A stretch of DNA of 64,000 nt, from contig NC_045697.1 of assembly GCF_009834535.1 (NCBI RefSeq), positions 86,430,001 to 86,494,000 on the forward strand, given 5' to 3'. Both the position numbers and the translations under genes were made by a program. Shown piece by piece: positions 27,631 through 38,789 of this stretch. The notes below the pieces were generated by a model. The model saw nothing but the letters and a program-made list of their open reading frames with translations, was not told the DNA's origin and made no database searches. Each line of letters begins with the position of its first letter. Position 1 is the stretch's first letter. This DNA is from Camelus ferus (lineage: Eukaryota).

Positions 27631-28172
27631 AATGTGTTTTGTTAACAACTCTAATCAATTATAAAATCAAGGTTTTTTTAAGAAGACTCAAGATTTGATG
27701 AAAAATTGATGTATACTTACTTAAGCTTATATTGCATAAAAATGCTTTAATCTTCAAAATACCTGATTTTCCAACAGTATAGTTTAATAGATACAAATTT
27801 CACATCAAAGCTTGATTTATTATTAGGTGCTTTTCTTTGCAGAGGATTCCAGTTAGTCAGTCATGTAAGAAGAAAAATGTAACCTTAAAGAAAAATACTT
27901 GCTCTAGAAATTGCTGAAGTTGAATTTTTCAGTTGAAATGAGTTTTCATTTTGGCAAAGCTTTTTGTCATTCACAAATGAAAAGTAACTCAAGCTTATAA
28001 ATGATGTCAAGTTAGAAAAATCATGATATTGGCTAACGAGTAGAGTATGTAGCAGATATAAGGCACTGTTTGGGTTCTTTCAAGCTGTATTAATATCTTG
28101 ATAAGCTTTTGAACTCTGAACACTTGTTTAGAATGCTAACAGTGTTGTCAACCTGTCGTGGCTTATTTGTAG

Positions 28173-28301
28173 CTGGCTTGTCTCTTGGAGTGGGGGCAGA
28201 CATTTGTCTTTCATGTGGTATGCCGGGAGTATGAACTGGAAAGACCAAAATCAGTAATAGTATGTCAGCATGGAATTGATCGTCGGTTCTGTGAATCCAA
28301 G
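28173..28301 (+). CDS. BLTP1: BLTP1 exon w13 (LACLLEWGQTFVFHVVCREYELERPKSVIVCQHGIDRRFCESK)
   Basis: ttgtag|CTG ... AAG|gtatgt; 129 nt. Confidence 0.95.
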
Positions 28302-30368
28302 GTATGTTAACAAATATGTTAGAAGTATTATAAACATTAATCGTTTTTCAAAATGAAAGGTAAGAGATATCAGCTTTAAATCAAATGCATATAATCATCG
28401 AGTAAACATCAAAGTTAAGGTTTTTCAATTAATAAAATTACTTTGTAAATTCAGCGCCTCTTGTTATTTTAGTTGTAAATATCTAAAATATGAAGTAATT
28501 ATTAAGATATATATTCACAGATGGAGATATTGTAAAATTATATCATATCTCTTACAGTTTTACTGTTGACACTCATGTGTTATTGCATTATTAACACTCT
28601 TTGGGATATGGCTGTGTGTTTATGTAGATTTAGAAATTGAAGGAAGAGGAAGGTTAAATTCCTTACATCAGATTGTTTGCAGACCTTTCTGGAACATACC
28701 TGTTCTCCATAATGTGATAAGATATGCTAGGCATTCCCTGAGCTTCCTGACTCCAAATCTTACACTCTTTCCACAGTATTACACTACCATGACTAAGGCT
28801 TATTACAGTACCTTCAAGAGGGTTGTGAACAGTAAATTATAATTCCTAAAATGATACACAGTGGTAGTGAGATGTAGAGTGTTATTATGTAGTAAATACT
28901 GTTCTTTATGAATTTTGGGATGGGGGACATTTTTTTTAAGCGTGCTTATTTCAGAAAACCTGGAAAACATGGCTGCTTCAAAAAAGAAAAATAACTTATT
29001 CTGCTACATAGAAATAGCCATTGCCAACAATTAAGTTTTCTTTCTAATTTCTTTCCAATGTGTCTTTCTTTTTTCTTTTGTTATAGGAACTATAATTGTT
29101 TGCTAGTATATTCCTGTGAATTGAAAGTAATTAATTCTGCTTTTAATTTTATGTCCCAAAAAATTATAACCTGTGCTTATTTACAGACAACAAGGGAAAC
29201 AACTGTAGTTGGTAATAAAATTATTTTTTTCTTGTTATAAACACATCTCTAGTCTCCAGGGAATTCGTTCTTTAGTCATTAATTTCTTCTAGATAATTTG
29301 TACATGCTTGCAGGCATCTCCTCCTCTTTTTTTTTTTTTTTTAGTACTCAAAGGTTTTAGGTTGCAATGCAATTTTTTAAAAATCAACTTTATTGAGGCA
29401 TAATTTACCTTCAATAAATTCACCCTTTTTAAGTTGCACAGTTTTAATTTTGACAAGTGTTATATATACTGGTATAATTTTCACCACCACTGAAGATCTA
29501 GAACATTTCTTTCACCTTAGAAAATTCCTTTTTGACCCTATGCAGTCAGCCACTATTCCATGTAACCACTGATATGCTTTCTATCATTTTAGATCAGGTT
29601 TTTGGGTTTTTTTTCGGTCTATTTTGTGTGGAGGAAATATATTCGTATAGAGCACTGACTGTCTTGCAAGGCACCTGCTTTCTAGTCCTGCCTTTGTCAC
29701 TAATGAGCAGGGTACAGACTATTGGGCTGGTAATTTACTCAGGGCTGCCATTTCCCAAAGAAGTTCATTGAAGTTGGTGATGTGTACGTTTTCTTCCAAC
29801 CTAATCATGACCAAATCTATGTTTTGAGGAGTAAAACAAAAAGAAAATTTGTGTGGATTTTCCTAGGTATCATCATAAAATTTATATTTCATATACTTGT
29901 GGATGTGGGTAAAAATAGTCATGTGTTTGTGTGTGTGTGTATGCATGGACTATGGCATACTCTTTAAAAAAAATTACAAATTTAAACTCCTATACAGTTC
30001 TTATAAACCTGTGACATTGTTTATCAGTTTACTTCGGCTGTTCTTTTCGAGTTTCATTAACAAGTTATATCTGTATTCTGTCAGTTTAAAATTGCCACTT
30101 ACCACTTTTGAGTGAAAATGGCGCATGGTTACTTATGATTAGTTTTCTAATCAGTAAGACTTGATTGAATTGCTGATTATTTTATCATTAAATATATATA
30201 TAATTATAGATGTATATCCTTTATCATTATAAAAAAGTGAAATTTAATTGAGTGATATTTTAAAGTACACATGTATGCAGAATTTTGTTTATTTAAATAA
30301 GCAGATTTTAGTATCAAAATAATGAATAGATGATGAAGAATTAAATGTTCAGTGCCTTTTCATTTTAG

Positions 30369-30488
30369 CTGAGTTGTATTCCTGGGCCTTGTCCAACTTC
30401 AGATGATCTGAAATATACTATGACTCGTTTAGCAGTAGATGGAGCTGATATTTATATTGTGGAGCATGGCTGTGCTACAAATATAAAG
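30369..30488 (+). CDS. BLTP1: BLTP1 exon w14 (LSCIPGPCPTSDDLKYTMTRLAVDGADIYIVEHGCATNIK)
   Basis: ttttag|CTG ... AAG|gtacat; 120 nt. Confidence 0.95.
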
Positions 30489-31187
30489 GTACATATTTGC
30501 CTATTTCTTGACCAGTGTTAATTCTTTTTCCTTTTTACCAAACCAAACCTCCATTTCTTGAAATAAAACACCTATTTATAGTTTACCATCTCACAGAATA
30601 CAACAAAATTCCAGGGGATAACTTTATTTTTTACTCATCCATGTTCTCTTCCAGTCTTATTTTTTTATGGCATACTTTACTACTTTTTTACTTTAACTGA
30701 ATTATTATAACCTTGTTTTATGGCAGGGACATACACTAGTAGGTTGCTTTTATGGCAGGAATGTAAATTGGTAAATTTTTAAAAATTCGATTTGAATGCC
30801 TTTAGGTTTTATGCATTTATATTTCCTATCTGTCTCCTGAAAACATTTGTTTGCCACTTCTGCTTTAAGGGTTACTGTTTAAAATTGAGTCTTGTTAAGA
30901 TTCTGTGATTTCATTACTTAACTAGCCTTCTAGCTTTTCTTTCTTCCCTGATTTTTCTTTGGCTTTGTGTTCTTTTTTTTTTTTTTATCCTTTTTTTTTA
31001 ATTGATTGTTATCTTTATTCTGTTACATTTACCTCTTCTATTTCCCCATTCTCTTTTTTTCCTTTCCCTTTTCTTCTTCTGTTTTTCATGCAATTTGAAA
31101 TAATTACCAATTCTGTAGTCTATTGTAAGTTGCTTAAAAATACAGAAACTTCAGTTCTTTTTTTTCATTGTCTTCATTCACCTTTAG

Positions 31188-31468
31188 ATGGGTGCAATTC
31201 GGGTTGCAAACTGTAATCTCCACAATCAGTCAGTTGGAGAAGGAATAAGTGCTGCAATTCAGGATTTTCAAGTGAGACAGTACATTGAGCAATTGAACAA
31301 TTCCAGAGTTGGACTTCAGCCTGCAGTGCTGCGGAGGGCCTACTGGCTTGAAGCTGGGTCAGCCAATTTAGGACTCATTACTGTTGATATTGCGTTAGCT
31401 GCTGATCATCATTCTAAGCATGAGGCACAAAGACAATTCTTAGAAACTCATGATACCAGAACTAAGAG
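31188..31468 (+). CDS. BLTP1: BLTP1 exon w15 (MGAIRVANCNLHNQSVGEG...FLETHDTRTKR)
   Basis: ctttag|ATG ... AAG AG|gtaagt; 281 nt; matches ORF 31188..31472. Confidence 0.95.
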
Positions 31469-32342
31469 GTAAGTGAAATTTAAGAATGGTAATAGTCTCA
31501 AGTCTAGATAAAAATTATTAGATAATTGCAGAGGAAATTCTACTGTTAGGAATGGAATAAGAACATCTTAAAGACCTAATATGATTGTGCTGGGTACATC
31601 TCAATGACTATTTAAGGGCCTGATATTTAAGTAATTACATTGTATATGTCATCTCTGATGATGGTGTGGTTGCTGGATATAACATTATTTTTTGATGTGT
31701 TCCTAAGCCATGCTGTGTATGTTAACAGTGAAACAAATTTAAATTACTGGTCCTCAAGTAACATTTTGTAAAGCATTACACCCTTTCTCTCTCACCACAG
31801 CTCTCCTCTTCCAATTTGTCATTCGTAGAAAACACCATTGCTAATCACCACTTCTTCTATGGTACTTCTTTTGTAGGCCTTCACAACTGCAGAGAAGAGT
31901 AAAAGTACCTAAAGCTTAAGAAATGGTCCTTAAAAAATGATTATATCTGCTTTTTAAAAAGTTGCCGAAGTTCATTTGTGGAGAATATTGTTTAAAACAA
32001 CTTTGGTTTCTTTGTTTGCCCTGAAAGCTGTTAGTATGAACAGAGTGCCTGTTCTGATAGATCAGGTGGTGGAGCAAAGTGCTAGTGAAGCTAAGGAGGT
32101 GGCTCCGTGTGATTTAAGTGGTTCCAGTTGCCTCGTTTAGGTTGGTTTCAGTGCTCTGGTTTGTTAAGAATTGTGAAGGGTTTGAGATTTCATCCTACTA
32201 CAAGCCAAAAAATTAGCCTGCAGTTTCATGAGTGCTGGCAGAAGGCATTAGAAACCTGGTAAGAGACAGAGGACTATTACTCACTGCAAAAGCACTGGCC
32301 AGAGTCATATGTGTTTGCAGTGGTTCCCTGTGCCCTCCAAGT

Positions 32343-32663
32343 AGTATTGCCAGATAAAATACAGGATGCCCAGATAAAATTGAACTTCAAATAAACAACA
32401 AGTATGGGGGAGGGTATAACTCAAGTGGTAGAATGCATGGTTAGCATACACGAGGTGGTGGGTTCAATCCCTGGTACCTGCTCTGAAAAAATAAATAAAC
32501 CTAATTACCTACCCCCCCACCTTGCCAAAATAAAAATAGTTACATAATACAATAATAAATAAATATTTTTTAAAAACCAACAACAAATAAGTTTTTAGTC
32601 TAGGTATGTCCCAAATACTGCATAGGACAAGCTTATTTTTATTTGGTAAACCTGGTACCCCTA
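32343..32663. mobile_element. MER53 DNA element split by a SINE
   Basis: ttgccagataaaatacaggatgcccag...ttcaaataaacaac, then after the SINE ...gtatgtcccaaatactgcatagga...aaacctggtaccc. Confidence 0.75.
32406..32560 (+). mobile_element. tRNA-Ala-derived SINE (camelid Vic-1-like)
   Basis: gggggagggtataactcaagtggtagaatgcatggttagcatacacgaggtggtgggttcaatccctggtacc...aaacctaattacc + A-rich tail. Confidence 0.9.
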
Positions 32664-33078
32664 TCCCTGAGTCCCATGGGGGTGACAGAAGACCCATGAT
32701 AGATGTTTGCATACTTTGGGATGCATTACAAAAGAGAAACACTCAACTTAGGGATTCTACCACTGTTGTAGTAAGTGGAAGCAAGCCTGCTCTTTTCCAG
32801 GATAAGACACTACCTCATCCTTTAAGGTTGCTCACTATCTGCACAACCCTGAGAAATGGCCTGGTCAGAGCCTTGCATTCTTGGCATATCTAGCAAGAAT
32901 GGGTAGGGGTGTTTAGGGCCCACGGTGAATTGCCTCTCCCTACACGGTAGTTCATTGATCTTCAGCTTTGGCTGCCTTAGTGCATGTTTGATTCCCAGAA
33001 GTTTTGGGGAGTAGGTATTTTCACTTATGAAATAACTGGAAAAGTTACTAGACTCATAGACCATTAGTTTCATTAGAT

Positions 33079-33260
33079 CAGTGTTTCTGAAGAGCATAGT
33101 TCCCAAACCACCAGCACCAACATCTCCTTGGATCTTGTTGATAATCAGGCCTTCCCAGACCTCGGTCAGTAACTCTGGAGGTGGAGCCCAGCTCTCTGTA
33201 TTTTAATGAGCCCTCCAGGTAATTCTAATGCAAGCTGAAATTTGAGGGCTAGGGCACTGG
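33079..33260. mobile_element. MER5A (hAT-Charlie)
   Basis: cagtgtttctgaa...ccagcaccaacatc...ctgtattttaatgagccctccaggtaattctaatgcaagctgaaatttgag. Confidence 0.8.
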
Positions 33261-34508
33261 TTTATATGAAGATAGGGGACGGGAGCCTCCATTTGTTGTG
33301 CAGCTTCTGTATTCCAGATTTTGCATCAGGTGCTTTACGTATGTTACACATATTTTTCCTTCTGTGTTATCTAGACTGACGTTCCTCTTCTAATGTCATA
33401 TATTTATTCCTTCACTTTGAATTTGATATAGTCATTCCATCTCATCTTTCACATGTCATATATTTTTTGAAAGATTGCCCCTGTTTTCTTTGTCACAATG
33501 CCCTGTTCTTTTCCTCAGAGCACTTACTGTTATTTATGTTCATATATTCTTGTTGGTGGCCTGTCTTTGCCTCTGTCTGTAAACTTGATATGGATAGGCC
33601 TATATCAGTTTTGCCTGGCACAATACAAAGTCCCTAATAGATATGTTCAAGAAATATAAATGAATGAATGTAAAATGAAACTGATAATACCTATTCTGTC
33701 TTTCTAGTGAGATGATGCATGTGAAAATGCTTAGAAAAATGGACTATTAATATGAAGTTTTATTATTTAATGTAAAAAAAGGAATATATATTTCCCAGAT
33801 TTGTATTAAATAATATTTTTTAAGAAAAGCAGGGAGTTAAAATAAATGCTGATGGTTTTGTGTGTGGGTCACTTACAGAACCTGAAGCATTTTTATAGAC
33901 ATTTACTTTTATTGTCTAAATTCTTAATAGTTCATTCAGAGTCCTTATTACATGATTACTACAATTTTTTTCTCTAAAATATAGAATGGTGCATTATTTT
34001 TATTTTATTTAAGAAATATCTTTCTTGCCCCATATTTATAATATTTTGGTGTACTAAATTTACCATATAAAATAGGCTCTGAAGTGTTAAATATAATAAA
34101 TTATCTATTAAGCATAATGTATACTTATAGTTTGGTATATTTTTTAGATTAATATTTAAATTTTTTGTTCTTTTGAGAATGTTTACTGCTGTTTTTAAAT
34201 TGGATTTAAATGTTTAATTTTTTTTTTTTTTAGCTTTTTTTTTCTTTAGTATGTTTTATCTCTTATTATCGTTCCTACTTATTTTCATCTCACTGTGGTG
34301 AGACTTTTTTTTGTTTGCTTGTTTTAGAAAGGCAGAATAATTGAAAAGATACTTACCAGTAAAAATAAATCTGTGTATTTATGTTTAACTTGTCTTTTGA
34401 AAATATTAACAATTAAATTCAACTGATTATCCGATCAAAAGTTTCTCATTTCTTAATGAGTTTTTGTTACATTATTCTTTTGTCTATTTCGTTTTGCATT
34501 CTGTTTAG

Positions 34509-34759
34509 GTTGTGGTTTTTGTGGCCAGATGATACCCTGAAGAATAAGAGGTGTAGGAACAAGTGTGGTTGTCTTGGTGGCTGCAGGTTCTTTGGCGGCA
34601 CAGTAACCGGCCTAGATTTCTTCAAGCTTGAAGAGCTGACACCTTCCAGTAGCTCTGCATTTTCAAGCACGAGTGCGGAGTCTGATATGTATTATGGACA
34701 GTCTCTGCTGCAGCCTGGAGAATGGATTATTACCAAAGAAGTTCCCAAAATTGTAGATG
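34509..34759 (+). CDS. BLTP1: BLTP1 exon w16 (LWFLWPDDTLKNKRCRNKCGCLGGCRFFGG...KEVPKIVD)
   Basis: tttag|G TTG ... GAT G|gtaatg; 251 nt. Confidence 0.95.
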
Positions 34760-36689
34760 GTAATGTGTTGTCACTTGTGCTAATCTTTTACTGTCTTCAT
34801 CCCTGTGCCATTCTGAGAGAAGTTCAGTGTTACTTTGTTCAACTCAGTTTTTTGAGCATTCTTATTAGTATAACATCTCTGTTTTGCAAGTGATTTAACT
34901 AAAGCCAGATAAGACTAATGAGTTTTTCAGAGTTGTACAGGGCAAAAATAGGTCTACTATTCAGATGTCCTGTTGTTAACGTGGGTGATTTTCCTAGCTC
35001 AGCTTACCTAAACATTTCCTTATAAATCAGTATTTCCCTAGAACCCAGATTCCAGAGATATACTTGGGAATAACTGTGCTTTGAGGTATTGGTTGTTTTA
35101 CTGGCTTATTTTTCTAGGACAAACTTGTCAGTAGTAATATTTATACCGTCGGCCCTCATGGTATCAACTACTTTTACAAAATATTCTCTTATCACTAAAA
35201 TTGTACATGTCAAGAAGAGAAATGTGGTCTTTCCTTAAAGCCTGTAGGATAACTTTGCCAATACGTGAGTTTGGTATGAGCAGTGAATGGTGGCTTTAGG
35301 TATATTAGATTTAAACTTATCTAGTGTTTTTTTCTCCGAAGACTTCAGAAATGCATTTTCCTTTGGGTTTCTTTGTTGTGTATTCCTGTAATTAAGTGCA
35401 GTATTTATTGTTTAAGCTGCCCCTGATGTCAGAAAGTAAGATGTAGAAAAGTCTTCATATTTCACCAATATTTAGCCTTTTTTTCCCCTTGATCCATTAA
35501 CAAATGTTAACTTACCTCTGCCTATTGTCAGTAGGCAAAGATAGGAAAGAAGTAGTTTTAACTCTCAGAGTTTATCAATTTCCCATGTGTAAGGAGCTTT
35601 TAGAGGAAAGAGCTGGGCTACCACATCTGCCAAATTCTTATTTGAATGATTTTTCACTGAATATTAATAAATTTGTACACGTTATTTTAAGGTTGTTTGA
35701 CTTCAGCAGTTTTACCAGAATAAGAGCAATTATCTTATAAAATCAGTAAACACCAAAACTTCTTGACATTTAAAGGACAAGGAAGATGCTAAGTGAAATT
35801 TAACTTAGCTGTCTTCTTATAATATTACTTTCCCACATTTGAATAATGTTTGTTTTTAAAATTTTCATACACATTTCTTATTTCACCCCCAAGCTACCAT
35901 ATGATTTCTTTATTTTTCCTGTTTATAGTGAAGTAGGTGAGGTTCATCACTGAGACTGAGTTGCATGAAGTCATACAGTCATGTACATGGCTGAGCAGTA
36001 ACTGGAATCAGGGTCACTGAAGCCACTTTAGTTCTTCCCACCGTACTACAATTGTCACTTATGATTTTGCTTGATTTTCTAACTTGCAGATCAAAATGTA
36101 ACCATCAAAAACTCAAGGAATAAAATCTACAGAGAATTTACACTGGATATAAAAGGGGGAAAATAGCAAATAACAGTGAACAAAGGAAATTTCATTCTAA
36201 TTCTTACAATGTATAATGAGGAGTGTCTATATCTCCTAGTGATTCTCTCAGGAGTGACTTGTAATTGGTAAATTGCTGTAAGCTTCTTGTGCAGAGAAGA
36301 TTGGAATTAGTTCCTACATAAGTATCTGACTTTCTGATAGTTCAGTTTTCCAGGAGCCAAGTATAGATACACAGTATCAGGATAGAATCAAGGAGGGCAT
36401 ATTGGTAGAACCAAAAATTTCCTTGAAAGGTCAGTGAACACTAATTTTCTATCACTTAAAAGTGAATCAAGCCCATTTTTCTTTTGAAAGAGATGACTTT
36501 TTACCCCTTAAGTTCCATTTAGAACCGCATTCTGCTTTGGGAGATTTTTTTTCTCCTATCAGCAGGTTCCTCTTTCTTGGGTAGCACAAGGAGAGGGGAA
36601 GCAGTGCAATGGTTGGTTTTTGGATCTAAGCAGCTGTCAACTCTCCCTTTATCCCTCCCCACTCCCAATTTACATAACACATCACAGGG

Positions 36690-37135
36690 CTCTTATAAAA
36701 GGCTGAGGAAATGTCAGATTAAAGAAGGCAATGACAACTGAAAGCAATAATATACAATCCCAGATTGGATCCTGTACTGGAGAGGGCAAAAGTGCTTTAA
36801 AGGATATTATTGGGTCAATGAGAAAATTGGAAAGCACATGGTAGATTAGATAACAGTATGATATAAACACCAAATGTACCAAGTTGATAATTATACTGTG
36901 GTTTTGAATTACTCTTAGGACATAATTGTTTAACTATTTAGGGTGAAAGGCCATGATGTCTGCAAATTACTCTTAGATGGTTCAAAAACTATTATGTTTA
37001 TTGTATATAAGTAGAGCACATTGGGCAAAATGTTTAAAAAAGGTAGTTTCAAGTAAAAGATTTTTGGTGGCTTTGTACCACTCTTGAAAGTTTTTTAAGT
37101 TTGAAAATTTTTCATATAAATAGTTTAAAAAAAGA
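36690..37135 (+). mobile_element. Old L1M 3' UTR fragment
   Basis: gacaactgaaagcaat...gattggatcctg...aaaggatattattgggtcaat...ttgtaccactcttgaaagtttt. Confidence 0.65.
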
Positions 37136-37348
37136 AGAAAAAATTCACTGTCTATGGACTCTGGAGTCATACTCATGTTGGTATCTTTCTGTAGTGTTTA
37201 GCACATTCCTATGTGCAATTAGTTACTTGTGCTTTTTAAAAATGATTATATACTTAAAAACGGAGTTGGATTAAGTTCTCGTATTTTTCATAAATTGCTT
37301 TTGAAATTATTATATTTATGTAACCTACTTTTTTGTTCATTTGTTTAG

Positions 37349-37607
37349 GTAATGTGAATGGCATGAAGAGGAAAGAATGGGAAAACAAATCAGTTGGAAT
37401 AGAAGTAGAGAGAAAAACTCAGCACCTTAGTCTTCAGGTACCATTACGATCCCATAGCTCATCCTCGTCCTCAGAAGAGAACAGCAGTTCGAGTGCTGCA
37501 CAGCCTCTGTTGGCCGGTGAAAAGGAAAGTCCTTCCTCTGTCGCCGATGACCATTTGGTTCAAAAGGAATTCTTGCATAGTTCGAAAAGAGATGATGGCC
37601 AAGTAAG
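37349..37607 (+). CDS. BLTP1: BLTP1 exon w17 (GNVNGMKRKEWENK...SSKRDDGQV)
   Basis: tttag|GT AAT ... GTA AG|gtcagt; 259 nt. This donor is the one that keeps frame with the next exon. Confidence 0.9.
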
Positions 37608-37869
37608 GTCAGTATGCAGTTAGATTTAGATATCTGATCATAATAGGATTGTAAGTGCTTAAAATTATGGTGGGAAAAACTTCTCCCCTCTCAGCTCATT
37701 CATTGTAGAAAATTTTCTCTCCCCCAAACCTATTTTTAAATGTCCATTTGATACTGTTTTTCTGATTACAAAAGTAATACATATATATTCATTCCAGATA
37801 TTTGGAAAATACAGGAATATTTCTTGTCATCTCACCACTCAGAATGAACCATTTTAACACGTGGATATT

Positions 37870-38445
37870 ATCCTTCCAGTGTGGTGAATATTTTTTGGTC
37901 CTCCTCTTGGCCCCTTGATAGTTGGCTACTCACTTCTTAAAACAGACTTTCCTCTTGACGTGATAGCACGTTTCAAATTTTCTTCCCATCTCCTTGTCTA
38001 TTCCTTCTCAGTCTCTATTTCCATGTCCTGCATTTTTTTCCCTCCCTTTCTTCTTTCTCTTCCTCTTTCAGCCTGCCATTTGTTAAATGTTGCTATCCCT
38101 CAGAACTCTATTCTGTACCCTTTTCTCCACTCACTGTACTGTTTTCCTAGGCACTTTTAGTAAGTGTTTGGCTTCAATTATGATCTATAGCTAACATCTT
38201 ATACATGTAAAAGCCCCATCCAAAACCTTGGTGCATATAAGCCTAGCTCCTTTCTTAATGTTTTTACATGGATGTTTCATGGAGACCTCAAACTCAACAT
38301 ATAACAAATGACCTTGTGCCTATTATGCTCAACTTGTTCTGCCTCAGTAAATGGCACTACTACATCAGTTGCCGAAGTCAGAAATACTGGGATTATCTAT
38401 GATTTATTTCTCTCTTTTATTTCCTCTCATTTAATCAGAGGTCCC
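37870..38445 (+). mobile_element. L2 fragment
   Basis: Pyrimidine-rich, with ggcttcaattatgatctat...acatggatgtttcat...acctcaaactcaacat L2 motifs. Confidence 0.65.
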
Positions 38446-38789
38446 TGATATATTTTGTTGGACAAGCTTTTAAAAGATATGGGGGAAAAAACTTATAAAT
38501 GCTTTAGTGTCCATGCATTATGGATAGAAGATTATACTCTGGGTTTCTTTCAGTTTTTATTGTGTTTTAAGCTGCCTTAATTTTTTTTTTGGAACTATAT
38601 GGGATATGAACACATACTGTGCTGTTTTGCTACTTTGTATATATGTTTTATTGTAAAATTTTACATTTGCCTTTATTTGTAAAATAAATGATTAAAATTA
38701 CAGAAAGGATTTTATAAGTCCTTCTATTTATACTTGGAGTAAATTATATGGTATGCTGTAAATGGTAATAGTTTTGCTCTCTGTTTTAG

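Larger units (their letters stand above)
32172..32944. mobile_element. ERV solo LTR (TG...CA) interrupted by MER53 and a SINE
   Basis: tgtgaagggtttgagatttcatcctac...gtttcatgagtgctggcagaag ... tgaattgcctctccctaca; exact family uncertain. Confidence 0.55.

Noticed and set aside
32406..32480. tRNA gene
   Set aside because: The stems are mismatched, and it has a SINE-type body, A-rich tail and a second dispersed copy, so it is a tRNA-derived SINE
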